Shown in pieces: positions 1-9,305 of a stretch of DNA of 64,000 nucleotides. The translations under genes and the position numbers were made by a program. The notes under the pieces were generated by a model, which was given only the letters and a program-made list of their open reading frames with translations, had not been told where the DNA came from and ran no database searches. The DNA is from an uncultured Candidatus Saccharibacteria bacterium. GTDB taxonomy: Bacteria; Patescibacteriota; Saccharimonadia; UBA4664; CAZOQX01. Location of the stretch: assembly GCA_964582465.1 (NCBI GenBank), contig CAZOQX010000003.1, forward strand, positions 1,115-65,114, given 5' to 3'. The stretch's first letter is position 1. Every line of letters starts with the position of its first letter.

Positions 1-1684
1 CTTGGATTTGCACCTCGTTAGTTGTAGCTCGATCGGTCAGCAATCGTTCCATAGTGCCGGACATATGGAAGACTTCAAAGATACCGAGACGACCCTTGTA
101 ACCATTGTTGCACTCCTTGCAGCCCTTCCCCCTGTACAAAGTATAAGCTTTTTGGCCAGCAACTGGCAAATTTTCATATCCCAGGTCTTGACGCAAAGAT
201 TCGACTTCGCTCGCGGACTTGGGTAAGAGTGAGCTAAGAGCGTTCATAATAGAGAGAGTCTGGGCCGGTGTACTGTCGTAACTCTCGGCACAGTGCTCAC
301 AAACTTTACGCACTAAACGTTGACCAATCACTGTATTAACCGTTGAGGCAATTAGGAAGGGTTCTACGCCCATATCGAGTAGTCGCGGCAAAACTCCGGA
401 AGCAGAGTTCGTGTGAAGCGTAGAGAGCACAACGTGACCTGTGAGAGCTGCCTGTACCGCCAAGTCAGCCGTTTCACCGTCGCGAATCTCCCCTACCATC
501 ACCACATTCGGGTCTTGGCGGAGAATTGATCGTAAGCCCGAGGCGAAAGTGAGTCCAACCTCCGGGCTAACCTGCATCTGGTTAATGCCGTCCATTTTGT
601 ACTCCACTGGGTCTTCCAGCGTCACAATATTAATCGTTGGACTCTTGATTTGGGCGATAACGGCGTAAAGCGTAGTTGACTTACCCGAACCGGTTGGGCC
701 AGTCGAAAGCGTCATACCATGAGGGCGGTGAATGCCGTCGGTGATGAGGCGAAGTGATCGACCCTTGAACCCCAGCGCATCGAGGGTCAAAATCGAACCA
801 TCCTTGTCCAGCAGTCTGATAACCACCTGCTCTCCAAATACAATAGGTGCGATGGAAACACGTACGTCAATCTCCCGCCCGGCGGCTTTGAACTGAAATT
901 GACCGTCCTGCGGAATACGGTGTTCGTCGATTTTCAGATTGGATAAAATTTTGATACGAGAAATCAACGCCGCCTCCACCTCCTTCGGTAGCGTCATGGT
1001 TTCTTGCAAAATACCATCGACGCGCAGGCGCACCTTAACTTCTTTCGCCCGCGGTTCAATATGGATATCAGAAGCCCTGGAGTTGGCGGCATACTCCAAA
1101 ATAGTATTCAAGGCGCGAGTAATCGGGGCGTCCTGCACCAGATTAGAAACATTGTCTTTATTCTTCTTGTCCTCCGAAGAATTTTTCGGAGAGTTATCCG
1201 CCATTTCATTGACGGAATCAATCACAGCTGATACTTCCTGCGACACATCAGCTTTGTACTGCCCCAAAACATGCTCAACGCTGGATTCTGATACCATGAA
1301 CGGGATTAGATTGCGCCCGATCTTGCGGCTTATAAAGTCAATGGCCTGCACATTCGTCGGATCAACTGTGCCAATAGCCAAACGCCCACGCATTTCACCA
1401 AAGGGCACCGTCATGTAGCTTTTGGCCAGATCGCGAGGCATGGCAGCCAGAATATTGTCAGCCACCGTCACATTGTGCAAATCAGCATATGGGATGCCGT
1501 TAGCCTGCGCCATCACTCGGGTTAAATCCTCCTCACCCACAACTTTTTGCTGGGTCAGAAGTGCTACCAGAGTAGTTTTTTGTTTCTTGGCATCGCTTCT
1601 AAGCGTACTCAACTTTTCCTGCGTTACTAGCCCCTGCTGAGCTAAAAGCTGCTCAAGTAGTTGTTGTGTTTCGAGGGCAAGCAT
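1..1684 (-). CDS. pilB: Type IV pilus assembly ATPase PilB/GspE, truncated at its C-terminus by the window edge. Start codon at 1684.
   Basis: The reverse-strand translation from 1684 begins MLALETQQLLEQLLAQQGLVTQEKL..., a T2SS-E N-terminal domain. The strand near position 1 encodes AYTLYRGKGCKECNNGYKGRLGIFEVFHMSG, the GspE/PilB C-terminal tetracysteine motif. It is absent from the ORF track only because there is no stop inside the window. Confidence 0.85.
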   Translation of the reverse strand, partial: MLALETQQLLEQLLAQQGLVTQEKLSTLRSDAKKQKTTLVALLTQQKVVGEEDLTRVMAQANGIPYADLHNVTVADNILAAMPRDLAKSYMTVPFGEMRGRLAIGTVDPTNVQAIDFISRKIGRNLIPFMVSESSVEHVLGQYKADVSQEVSAVIDSVNEMADNSPKNSSEDKKNKDNVSNLVQDAPITRALNTILEYAANSRASDIHIEPRAKEVKVRLRVDGILQETMTLPKEVEAALISRIKILSNLKIDEHRIPQDGQFQFKAAGREIDVRVSIAPIVFGEQVVIRLLDKDGSILTLDALGFKGRSLRLITDGIHRPHGMTLSTGPTGSGKSTTLYAVIAQIKSPTINIVTLEDPVEYKMDGINQMQVSPEVGLTFASGLRSILRQDPNVVMVGEIRDGETADLAVQAALTGHVVLSTLHTNSASGVLPRLLDMGVEPFLIASTVNTVIGQRLVRKVCEHCAESYDSTPAQTLSIMNALSSLLPKSASEVESLRQDLGYENLPVAGQKAYTLYRGKGCKECNNGYKGRLGIFEVFHMSGTMERLLTDRATTNEVQIQ

Positions 1685-1690
1685 ACGGCA

Positions 1691-2764
1691 CTACACAAGA
1701 GACCTTTCGGCCAAACCAATTGCGACCGGATATTCCAAGGCCATTTGGTTCAGCTGTTCCTGCATCACTGCGGGGAAGCTGACATGAGCCCAAGGATTCG
1801 CAATCGTGACAGGCAGGCCAGTTGCATTTGCTAGGTAGGTCGGTAAATCTGGTAGGGCCGCCGCACCTCCGGTCAAAATAATCTTTTCAATTTTGACAGT
1901 TTCATCTTTGGAAGCAAAAAACTTTTCCGATTTGTCCAGCTCACTGACCAATAGGTCGAGTGACGGCTTAATGGCCTTGTAAACTTGTCCTTCTAGCTTG
2001 TCTTGCATTAGACCGAACTTTTTTGTGAATTGCTCGGCTTGTTCGGCCGCCAAACCCAACGATTGGCTCACCGCCTTGATAAATGTCGACCCACCAACGT
2101 TAATCGAGCGCACCAGCTTTGGAGCCTGTTTGTGTACTACCGCGATATCGGTGTAAAGGCTTCCGACGTCTACGATCATCACGGCCGTATCTTCACGAGG
2201 CATCAAGCTACGAATCAGCGCGACGGCGTTCATCTCCAGCGCTTCAAGTTGTAACCCAGCCCGGTCAATGATATTCATGTATTTATTTACGCCGGTGTTG
2301 GGCGCAGACACCAAAAGAACTTCCATCTGATTGGGATCTTTCGCTGGCCCCACCACTTGCCAGTCCATTTTTACTTGATCAGCCGCAGTCGGAATGTATT
2401 GATCGGCCTGCAATTTAATGGCCTTGGCTAGCTCCTGATCATTCAGTTTGGGCGTCGTGATCACAGTAGCAAAAGCCAAAGCGGAAGGAATCCCTGCCAC
2501 CACGTTTTTAGTCGTGATTTTGGCGTCCTTCACTAGCTGTTTAATAACGTCCGCCACCTTCGATTGGTCCATCGGTGAGTCGCTAGTTGATAGTCCCGGT
2601 GGCAAATCAGCCGAGCCATAGGTCACAAGCGCCGGATTACCGCCACCAGCCCGAAGCTGCACCACCCTGACGCCAGTGGTTCCGATGTCTAGACCGAAAT
2701 AGCTATCTGAGCCTTGGAATAAGTTCATTAGCCAAATCATACCATAAGCAATATGGCTTGCCAA
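1691..2764 (-). CDS. pilM: Type IV pilus assembly protein PilM (actin-like ATPase)
   Basis: 357-aa ORF with ...YFGLDIGTTGVRVVQL..., the characteristic PilM/FtsA-like fold signature, immediately upstream of pilB. The true start may be an internal Met (MIWLM / MNLFQG). Confidence 0.8.
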   Translation of the reverse strand: MASHIAYGMIWLMNLFQGSDSYFGLDIGTTGVRVVQLRAGGGNPALVTYGSADLPPGLSTSDSPMDQSKVADVIKQLVKDAKITTKNVVAGIPSALAFATVITTPKLNDQELAKAIKLQADQYIPTAADQVKMDWQVVGPAKDPNQMEVLLVSAPNTGVNKYMNIIDRAGLQLEALEMNAVALIRSLMPREDTAVMIVDVGSLYTDIAVVHKQAPKLVRSINVGGSTFIKAVSQSLGLAAEQAEQFTKKFGLMQDKLEGQVYKAIKPSLDLLVSELDKSEKFFASKDETVKIEKIILTGGAAALPDLPTYLANATGLPVTIANPWAHVSFPAVMQEQLNQMALEYPVAIGLAERSLV

Positions 2765-2771
2765 CTAGAAA

Positions 2772-3761
2772 CTAGCGTAGTTGCGGCAATAGTTTCAGGA
2801 TATGCGCTGTTTGGCTTTGTGCGGCGAGCCAGCGCGCAAGCGTGGGCGGCTTAAGTAAGATTATTCTGGCTAAAACAACGCCGTCGACTGTTTTTTCTCG
2901 CTTCAATATGTAGGTATTACCCTTAGCCGTGACCGCACCCGTAACTAACTGACCATCAGCCACGGCTGTGACTGCGTCGGCCACCGAAATCGGCAAGTTG
3001 CCGGCGCTAACCAACATGGCGTCTCCTGTTTTAGTCGCCGATACATCCTGCGAGTAGAGCTGCTGCAAATTAGTAAAATCCGCACCTTGTTTCAGCTTCT
3101 GGAGCAAACTCGCCGCCTGATCTTGGCTTTGCTTCACTAAAGTCGGATCTTGCTGCAGAGCCAGCGTCACCTTCTGATCTAAAAGCTGCTGCTTAGCACG
3201 GTAGCTAAACTCGAAACTATCTAGTCCGTATTGCTTCTTAATGTCACTAAGCGCCTTCTTTTTACCACCACCGTCCTTGTACAAACCATCCAGCGCTTTT
3301 GTACTCTCCTGATCAGTTAGCTCGATATGATGACTGCGCGCCCAGGCCGAGATTAAGGCCTGATTAGCGGACTCGGCCATAGCCTGTTCGTTTTGCTGTT
3401 TAGCGGTGAGCTTTTGGTTTACTTTATGTATTTCGAAATATTTTGCCTGGCTGCGCAGATTCAACAAGTAATCGTAGACGCTAACGGGGGTACGATTAAC
3501 ATACGCTGCCGGGATTGGTAATATGCGGGACATCCGATAAGCGAAGTCATTCTGCCAACCCAGTAAATATATGCCGACGGTTGCAGTCAGAATGGCAAAA
3601 CCTGCCGCCACCATTAGCGCTACAGCTGTTACAGCAGTCACTTTGCGCTGAGACTTGTTCGTATGAGCCAACACAAAGCGACTCACTACCTTCGCACTAT
3701 CCCCAATGAGCGACTTAAGCTGCTCACCTGCCTCTCGAAAAGTATCGCGAATCTCGCTCAT
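2772..3761 (-). CDS. Membrane-anchored periplasmic chaperone-like protein (SurA/PpiD N-terminal-like, possible parvulin-type segment)
   Basis: 329-aa ORF with one N-terminal TM helix (VTAVTAVALMVAAGFAILTATVGIYLLGW) followed by a charged, Q/K-rich helical region that resembles the SurA N-terminal/PpiD chaperone architecture. The assignment is by resemblance only. Confidence 0.35.
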   Translation of the reverse strand: MSEIRDTFREAGEQLKSLIGDSAKVVSRFVLAHTNKSQRKVTAVTAVALMVAAGFAILTATVGIYLLGWQNDFAYRMSRILPIPAAYVNRTPVSVYDYLLNLRSQAKYFEIHKVNQKLTAKQQNEQAMAESANQALISAWARSHHIELTDQESTKALDGLYKDGGGKKKALSDIKKQYGLDSFEFSYRAKQQLLDQKVTLALQQDPTLVKQSQDQAASLLQKLKQGADFTNLQQLYSQDVSATKTGDAMLVSAGNLPISVADAVTAVADGQLVTGAVTAKGNTYILKREKTVDGVVLARIILLKPPTLARWLAAQSQTAHILKLLPQLR

Positions 3762-4963
3762 TGGTTCACCACCGAATTATTTAAAGCACAGCTATTATAG
3801 ATGCCAGCGCCGTTTTGATCCGTAGACTGCGGTCCCACCTTGCAAACCGGAGAGGTACTGCTCCCCGAGAACAGGGCGTAATCAAATATACCAATCAGCT
3901 GCCCCGTCAGGGTTTTGGTCGCCACCACGCGTCGGCGGATGTCGCCCGACTGCCCTACTACGTCGATCACCAACTGCGACCCCGGAATTTGTAAATCTGG
4001 ACCGTTCGCGTAAATGCCATCCGATAGCAGCTTCACTTGGTAATCAACTGAATAGGCTTTGCCATTTACGTCCTGATCAGCCGTACTCACTAACCGAACG
4101 CGGAAAATATATCCACGGCTACGATTATTGGGCGTACCGCTGCTCGCGATTTGATACAAAACACAGCTATAATTCGCCACCGTCGTAGTGTCGAGCACGA
4201 CGGTATTTCCAGTCTGCGGCAACGTCGAAGGGCTCGGCGTCGTAGAGGTAAACTGGGTTTTTTCCACCTTCACATCCTGAGAAGTACTGCCGTTGAAAGA
4301 CACCGCTGTTAACTCGAAGGCGGCACTGGGGTCAACTGCCAATATTTTATCAACACCATTGACGCCGCTCGAGGAAGTGCGCGCCCAGCAGAAACGGAAA
4401 GCTGAATAATCCTGAAAGAGTTTGTACGCGCTGTTACAATCTGGCGGGTTCTGGCCGATTGTACCTGTAGCCGCCACAGTGGCGCTGCACTTACGTGTCA
4501 AATAACTGGTATCAAATTGTAGGCTTTGATCCTTCAACACCGAGCCAGCAAAATTAGCATTGGTGCTCGGATAAACCTTACGTTGGCGCCACGATACCAG
4601 CCCGGGCGGATCAGTCGCCGGTGGCTCCTTGGTAATGGTGTAGTTCGGCCAGTTTGAGCTGGTAGTATCGGGCAGCACGGCGTAGTCCCCTACCAGCGTG
4701 CCATTATCGTATTGATTCGGGAAAAGCGTCTGGAGCTGACTCGTCGGGTTCGCCACACCGTCCAAAGTTTTAAGAGCATCCTCAATGCCCGCCTCGGCCG
4801 CATAAAAGGCATCCTCCGAGCGATCAACTTGACTCGATTGATTCAGCTCATTAATCGTCAGCTTCGCCGCATAGCTAGTCGTTACCACCAATAAGATGGC
4901 AATAATTGACACCAGGTAAATGGCGATGGCGCCGCGCTCGTTAGTTTTAACTACTTGCTTCAT
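3758..4963 (-). CDS. PilX-like type IV pilus minor pilin / assembly protein
   Basis: 401 aa. The N-terminus MKQVVKTNERGAIAIYLVSIIAILLVVTTSYAAKL fits the PilX N-terminal domain pattern (ERG-AI... hydrophobic helix). It sits inside the pilin gene block. Confidence 0.5.
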   Translation of the reverse strand: MKQVVKTNERGAIAIYLVSIIAILLVVTTSYAAKLTINELNQSSQVDRSEDAFYAAEAGIEDALKTLDGVANPTSQLQTLFPNQYDNGTLVGDYAVLPDTTSSNWPNYTITKEPPATDPPGLVSWRQRKVYPSTNANFAGSVLKDQSLQFDTSYLTRKCSATVAATGTIGQNPPDCNSAYKLFQDYSAFRFCWARTSSSGVNGVDKILAVDPSAAFELTAVSFNGSTSQDVKVEKTQFTSTTPSPSTLPQTGNTVVLDTTTVANYSCVLYQIASSGTPNNRSRGYIFRVRLVSTADQDVNGKAYSVDYQVKLLSDGIYANGPDLQIPGSQLVIDVVGQSGDIRRRVVATKTLTGQLIGIFDYALFSGSSTSPVCKVGPQSTDQNGAGIYNSCALNNSVVNQ

Positions 4964-5472
4964 TATTTGCCCCTCAAGGTTGCAACTGTCGACAAGCTAT
5001 AGGCGTAGGCGTAGGGATCACTTGAGCTAACGCTCCCAGGTTGCTTCAGCCAAACTGCCATATCAACCTGAAGCGCCTCTTTGTCACCCGCTGGGGCTAG
5101 GTTTTGATAGCGCACCGCCTGAATAAATACTCCGTCGGTCACTGACACACCGTTTCTGAGGATGGCATTATTTGCAAAAGTATAATTCACGTCCGTCGCG
5201 GCTTGACCATTCAAGTTTTGGTTGTATTGCAAGGTTAGCGCAGTGGGACTGTTCACGGCGGCAGCCTTGGCGTTTCTAATGTCTCGCGCAATGCCCTCTA
5301 GTACATAGCGGCCGTTTTGCTGTACCGCTCGCTGCGTGGCACCCTTTTGCTGCAGCTTAGAGATCGAGGTGAAGGTCAGGCTGGCCGTAATCATAGCGGA
5401 TGATAAAAGTGCCATGCCAATCACCACTTCAACCAGAGTAATGCCATCTTCGCGCCTCACGACTGCGTCCAA
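4963..5472 (-). CDS. Prepilin-type minor pilin (N-terminal cleavage/methylation domain)
   Basis: The N-terminus ...DGITLVEVVIGMALLSS is a prepilin peptidase-type motif (G/F-TL-V/I-E followed by a hydrophobic helix). Confidence 0.6.
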   Translation of the reverse strand: MDAVVRREDGITLVEVVIGMALLSSAMITASLTFTSISKLQQKGATQRAVQQNGRYVLEGIARDIRNAKAAAVNSPTALTLQYNQNLNGQAATDVNYTFANNAILRNGVSVTDGVFIQAVRYQNLAPAGDKEALQVDMAVWLKQPGSVSSSDPYAYAYSLSTVATLRGK

Positions 5473-6011
5473 TCGGTTAAAACGGTCCGCTCAATTACCT
5501 GCCTGGTACCGTTACTCTCCGTCCAGTTCACCTGCACCTGCACGTTTTTAGTATGAGAATCACCGTTGGCATCGCAGATTGTGAGCATACGGGAATAACT
5601 TGAATAAATCTGGCCAAAGTTGACACTATTACCATTAATGTCCAAGCTAGTGCCATCGAGTGCACCGGAACTGTAGGCGGTCGGACTAGCCACGGTCGCC
5701 TTACTCCAGCCACCTGGTCCGGCCACGCTCGGACGCATTATCCACTGGTGAGCTTGATCATTGGCGCAGCCGGTGATGCCATCCAAAAATGTGGCTGTAT
5801 CGCGTAGCTCACTATCACGGTAGGCTCGAAGCGCTTCCATCTCTCGATCAGCCAGTGCCACGGCCTGACTGCGCCGCCCCGCTTCTCCACTGGTTTTGGA
5901 TGATACACTCGCAAGCGCCGCGGCTGATGTGATCGACATCGCCATTAACGCCAGCGCTACCACTAGCTCGACCAAGGTTTGTCCAGATTGATTAGTCTTC
6001 AATGCCGCCAC
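5457..6011 (-). CDS. Prepilin-type minor pilin
   Basis: The N-terminus ...SGQTLVELVVALALMAMSIT is a prepilin N-methylation motif. It overlaps its neighbour by a few nt, which is operonic. Confidence 0.6.
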   Translation of the reverse strand: MAALKTNQSGQTLVELVVALALMAMSITSAAALASVSSKTSGEAGRRSQAVALADREMEALRAYRDSELRDTATFLDGITGCANDQAHQWIMRPSVAGPGGWSKATVASPTAYSSGALDGTSLDINGNSVNFGQIYSSYSRMLTICDANGDSHTKNVQVQVNWTESNGTRQVIERTVLTDWTQS

Positions 6012-6017
6012 GAATTA

Positions 6018-6671
6018 TTACTTTACTGATACGTCAATCTTACCATTAGCGGGATAAAAAATCACTGTGCCGGTAAGTGCGACGTAATCAGCCGTTAGTG
6101 TAAATGTGACGTTTTGAGCGCCCGTATAGGGTTTGCCGGTAGAGGTTGTGACGGCCGCACACGGCGTACCGGAATCATCACAGCTAGTAAAACTCTTGCC
6201 GTCCGGGGCCAGAAATGCCAGCGATATGCTACTTGGCGCCGAGTTGCCGGCATTGTTTACGGCGATAGCCGAGATCTTGAGCCCCTCGGCGGTCAAGCTG
6301 GTCGAAGCGGCGAAAACTGGATCACTAATACCCGTCTGCTGAGTGTTATCGGTAGCAACCGACGTGTTTGTAAAATCACTGCCGTTTAATAGCATCGAAT
6401 CATACTTGTTCCCGGCCGAATTGTTATAAAAATTTAGGGCCGTCCCCCGCCAATAGCAGGGCGAGGTGGCACAGGTGCCAACTTGGCCAGTGTACGAATG
6501 CACCTGGGCCTGGCGAATGTCGTTCGCGAAGGCCTTGACCTCATCACTAAAACGCTCAGTTTTGATACTTGTCCCAGCTCCCCGGATTAAAACTAACGTC
6601 AACAATCCTATGATAGCCAGAGCCACCGTAGTTTCGATCAAAGTGTAGCCTTGTTTCCTAGGTAGTATCAT
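6018..6671 (-). CDS. Prepilin-type minor pilin (GspH/FimT-like)
   Basis: The N-terminus MILPRKQGYTLIETTVALAIIGLLTLVLI is a prepilin motif. Confidence 0.6.
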   Translation of the reverse strand: MILPRKQGYTLIETTVALAIIGLLTLVLIRGAGTSIKTERFSDEVKAFANDIRQAQVHSYTGQVGTCATSPCYWRGTALNFYNNSAGNKYDSMLLNGSDFTNTSVATDNTQQTGISDPVFAASTSLTAEGLKISAIAVNNAGNSAPSSISLAFLAPDGKSFTSCDDSGTPCAAVTTSTGKPYTGAQNVTFTLTADYVALTGTVIFYPANGKIDVSVK

Positions 6672-6748
6672 TCTTAAAGTCCTTGAGCTTATACTACCAA
6701 ATAAATCCAGGAATACTAAATCCGGTTTTACCTAGGAGTAGAGGAACG

Positions 6749-7180
6749 CTATCTCACCGGGAATAAACCGGCGCCTTCGGTACAAACCGAAAGTTCGAAG
6801 TCACGATTATTGGCAGATTGAGCATAGAGTACTTCATATCTACTGGCATCAGTCGTAGCCGCACAGGCACCCGTCAAGTTTCCTGACGCAACATAAGTAC
6901 CAGCGGTAAAAGTATACTTGCCACCCAGCTTTGCGTCTAAGGTCGTCACGGCCGTTTTAGCAGCCGCATTGCTCGCAGGATAACTCGCGCCGTTATTAGC
7001 CGCATACTGATCAAGCAAGCCACCCATGCGGCCAGCCTCAGTCTTACGCGTAGTGTCACGTTGGGACTTCTGGGCACTGGCAATGGCGTTAAAGACCACC
7101 AGTATGATCAGGGCAGCGATGGCTAGCACGATCACTACTTCGATTAATGTAAACCCTTTAGATTTTTTCAATTCTCTCAC
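6749..7180 (-). CDS. pilA: Type IV major pilin, paralog 1
   Basis: 143 aa. The start MRELKKSKGFTLIEVVIVLAIAALIILVVFNAIASAQ... is a canonical type IVa pilin N-terminus. Confidence 0.7.
   Translation of the reverse strand: MRELKKSKGFTLIEVVIVLAIAALIILVVFNAIASAQKSQRDTTRKTEAGRMGGLLDQYAANNGASYPASNAAAKTAVTTLDAKLGGKYTFTAGTYVASGNLTGACAATTDASRYEVLYAQSANNRDFELSVCTEGAGLFPVR
7021..7160. repeat. Direct repeat copy A, about 140 nt, near-identical to 7551-7690. It covers the conserved 5' coding block of the pilin paralogs.
   Basis: By eye, ...gcggccagcctcagtcttacgcgtagtgtcacgttgggacttctgggcactggcaatggcgttaaagaccac... recurs with only a few substitutions. Confidence 0.8.
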
Positions 7181-7221
7181 CCACTTGATGCTTATGTTTA
7201 CCTATTTATACCACTTCTCCC

Positions 7222-7251
7222 GTCAAAAACAAAACCGGGAGCACGGCCCGG
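7222..7251 (-). terminator. Rho-independent terminator after pilin paralog 2
   Basis: The minus strand reads ccgggccgtgctcccgg followed by ttttgttttt, directly after the stop at 7272. Confidence 0.5.
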
Positions 7252-7271
7252 CTTAGTTTTTGACTTTCGGA

Positions 7272-7712
7272 TTATTTAACTTGGACTAGTCCGCCACCTT
7301 CTGTACAAACACTCAACTCGTAGTCGCGGTTCGTTGCTCCATTTGTGACATATAACACCTCATATATCGCAGCCGTTGTTGGGCTAGTAGCACAGGCACC
7401 GGTTAAGGCCCCATTGGCGACGTAGGTGCCTGCTGTAAAGGTGTACTTAGCACCTAGTTTAGAGTCAAGACCGGTTACAGCCGTCTTGGCTAAGGCAGTG
7501 GTAGATGGATATACACCAGAAGCATTAGACGCGGATTGTTCTAGTAGACTCACAATGCGGCCAGCCTCAGTCTTACGCGTAGTGTCACGTTGGGACTTCT
7601 GGGCACTGGCAATGGCGTTAAAGACCACTAGCAGGATCAGGGCAGCGATGGCTAACACGATCACTACTTCGATTAATGTAAACCCTTTAGCCTTATTTAG
7701 TTTCCGTAACAT
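7272..7712 (-). CDS. pilA: Type IV major pilin, paralog 2. I chose the internal start MLRKLNKAKGFTLIE; the track ORF extends to 7784.
   Basis: Homologous to paralog 1, with an identical GFTLIEVVIVLAIAAL...QKSQRDTTRKTEAGR core and a divergent C-terminal half. The start at 7712 gives 147 aa, matching paralog 1 in length. Confidence 0.65.
   Translation of the reverse strand: MLRKLNKAKGFTLIEVVIVLAIAALILLVVFNAIASAQKSQRDTTRKTEAGRIVSLLEQSASNASGVYPSTTALAKTAVTGLDSKLGAKYTFTAGTYVANGALTGACATSPTTAAIYEVLYVTNGATNRDYELSVCTEGGGLVQVK
7551..7690. repeat. Direct repeat copy B of the pilin 5' coding block
   Basis: See 7021-7160. Confidence 0.8.
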
Positions 7713-7754
7713 AATATTTGTGCTCACCTTTCTATTACTTATAGTGCTTACGTT

Positions 7755-7783
7755 TAATTTAAAGTCTTTCAGCTCAGTTGTCA
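7755..7783 (-). promoter_or_regulatory. Sigma70-like promoter candidate for the pilin genes
   Basis: The minus strand reads TTGACA-(17 nt)-TAAATT about 45 nt upstream of the 7712 start, with a GGTGA Shine-Dalgarno-like element in between. Confidence 0.35.
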
Positions 7784-7790
7784 ACCTCCC

Positions 7791-9017
7791 CTACCTAGTT
7801 GGCCCACTGCTGACGCCCGACACTAAGCCGTAAATCGGCAGAAGCACGGCGCCGATCAGGAAGGCCACCATCACGCCCAAAACTACCATGGTAGCAGGCT
7901 CAATCAGGGTGGAGATATTTTTGACGGCCTGATCGACCTCATCTTCATAATAAGAAGCTACCTTCTCCAGACTATCGCCGAGCGTACCTGTTTGTTCACC
8001 GACCGCGAGCATTTGGCCAACCAGCGGCAAAAACATCGGGTGGTCCGTAATTAATTCCGATAGCGATGTGCCGCTTTTGACACGATTAGTGATATCTAAA
8101 ATAGCCCGCTCGAAATTAACATTATTGATGGATTGGGCCACAATAGTGAGCGCCTGCAAAATAGGCACGCCAGTTGAGATCAGTGAACCCAGCGTCCGCG
8201 CGAACCGCGCCATGTAAACTTTTTCCATCAATTGACCAAATAACGGCACCTTCGTCTTCAAGCTATCCAGCTGGCTGCGGCCAGGCGCAGATTTAATATA
8301 CATCCGTAGGCCATAGCCTGCCCCGATCAGCACTAACACGGTAATGTACCAATAGTGGGTGGTGAAATTGGAGAGAGCGAGCATTATTCGCGTAAAAACT
8401 GGCAAGGGCTTTTTGAGATCTTCATACATCTTGCCCACCTGCGGTAAGACCAAAGTTAGCATCAAGGTTGACACACCCAAAAGCACAGCCAGCACCACAG
8501 CAGGATAGGTTAAAGCGCCTCTGATTTTTGACCTAATCGCCTGGTTTTTCTCCTCCTGGTCGGCCAGCTTGAGCAAAACTTCGTCCAGATTACCGCTCAC
8601 CTCCCCCGCCTCGACCATGCTGATATAAATCGTGCTAAATATGTCGGCATGCTGAGCAAGCGACTGCGATAAACTCACGCCCCCCTCTAGACTGCTCGAC
8701 AGGCTTCGAATTATCTCCTTAAGCTTCGGGTTGGTCATCTGTTGCTCTAGCATACGCAGAGCTTTGGCAATTGGCAGGCCGGCCTTTACCATGGTGGCCA
8801 GCTGGCGGGTAAAGATGACCTTCTCTTTCGTGCTAACACGGTGCAAGATTTTATCGAGGAAAGAAGAATCTAGGCCCGGTTTTTTGGTGCCAATTTCCAG
8901 AGGAAACAACTGTTTTGCAACCAAGAGTTTGGTGGCTTCTTTTTCGCTCGCCGCCTCAACTTCGGCTTTGACCAGTTGCCCGGTCGCGTCTTTAGCTACG
9001 TAGTAATACTGCTGCAT
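7791..9017 (-). CDS. pilC: Type IV pilus assembly platform protein PilC (GspF family)
   Basis: 408 aa. The N-terminus MQQYYYVAKDATGQLVKAEVEAASEKEA is typical of PilC. It has two GspF repeats and three TM segments. Confidence 0.85.
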   Translation of the reverse strand: MQQYYYVAKDATGQLVKAEVEAASEKEATKLLVAKQLFPLEIGTKKPGLDSSFLDKILHRVSTKEKVIFTRQLATMVKAGLPIAKALRMLEQQMTNPKLKEIIRSLSSSLEGGVSLSQSLAQHADIFSTIYISMVEAGEVSGNLDEVLLKLADQEEKNQAIRSKIRGALTYPAVVLAVLLGVSTLMLTLVLPQVGKMYEDLKKPLPVFTRIMLALSNFTTHYWYITVLVLIGAGYGLRMYIKSAPGRSQLDSLKTKVPLFGQLMEKVYMARFARTLGSLISTGVPILQALTIVAQSINNVNFERAILDITNRVKSGTSLSELITDHPMFLPLVGQMLAVGEQTGTLGDSLEKVASYYEDEVDQAVKNISTLIEPATMVVLGVMVAFLIGAVLLPIYGLVSGVSSGPTR

Positions 9018-9026
9018 CGAAGTCTC

Positions 9027-9305
9027 CTACTGAAAGGGATCACTCTTACCTAGATCGCCTGATTTCGGCGAAACATCGGGGTAATCCGTGTCCTTTGACT
9101 GGAGTTGCTGAAGAGCATTTTGATCAAAAGAGGTGTTGATCCTAGCGGGGCCGGCAGCCGGCAAGTTGCCAGATTTTTGGGACTTTTTGTGGTGCGGGAA
9201 AAGCATCCAGCCTAGCACACCGACGATTAAGACTAAAATAACGATTTCTTTTACGAGCTTGCTTTGAGCCCGATTCTGAGGCATGGCAACTTTGGGCATT
9301 TTCAT
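9027..9305 (-). CDS. Small membrane-anchored pilus assembly protein (PilP-like)
   Basis: 92 aa with one TM helix, ending ...DPFQ, in the PilP position between pilO and pilC. Confidence 0.35.
   Translation of the reverse strand: MKMPKVAMPQNRAQSKLVKEIVILVLIVGVLGWMLFPHHKKSQKSGNLPAAGPARINTSFDQNALQQLQSKDTDYPDVSPKSGDLGKSDPFQ

Noticed and set aside
939-1640. Plus-strand ORFs 939-1418, 1004-1231 and 1422-1640
   Set aside because: They lie antisense inside the clearly recognisable pilB coding region and are shadow ORFs.
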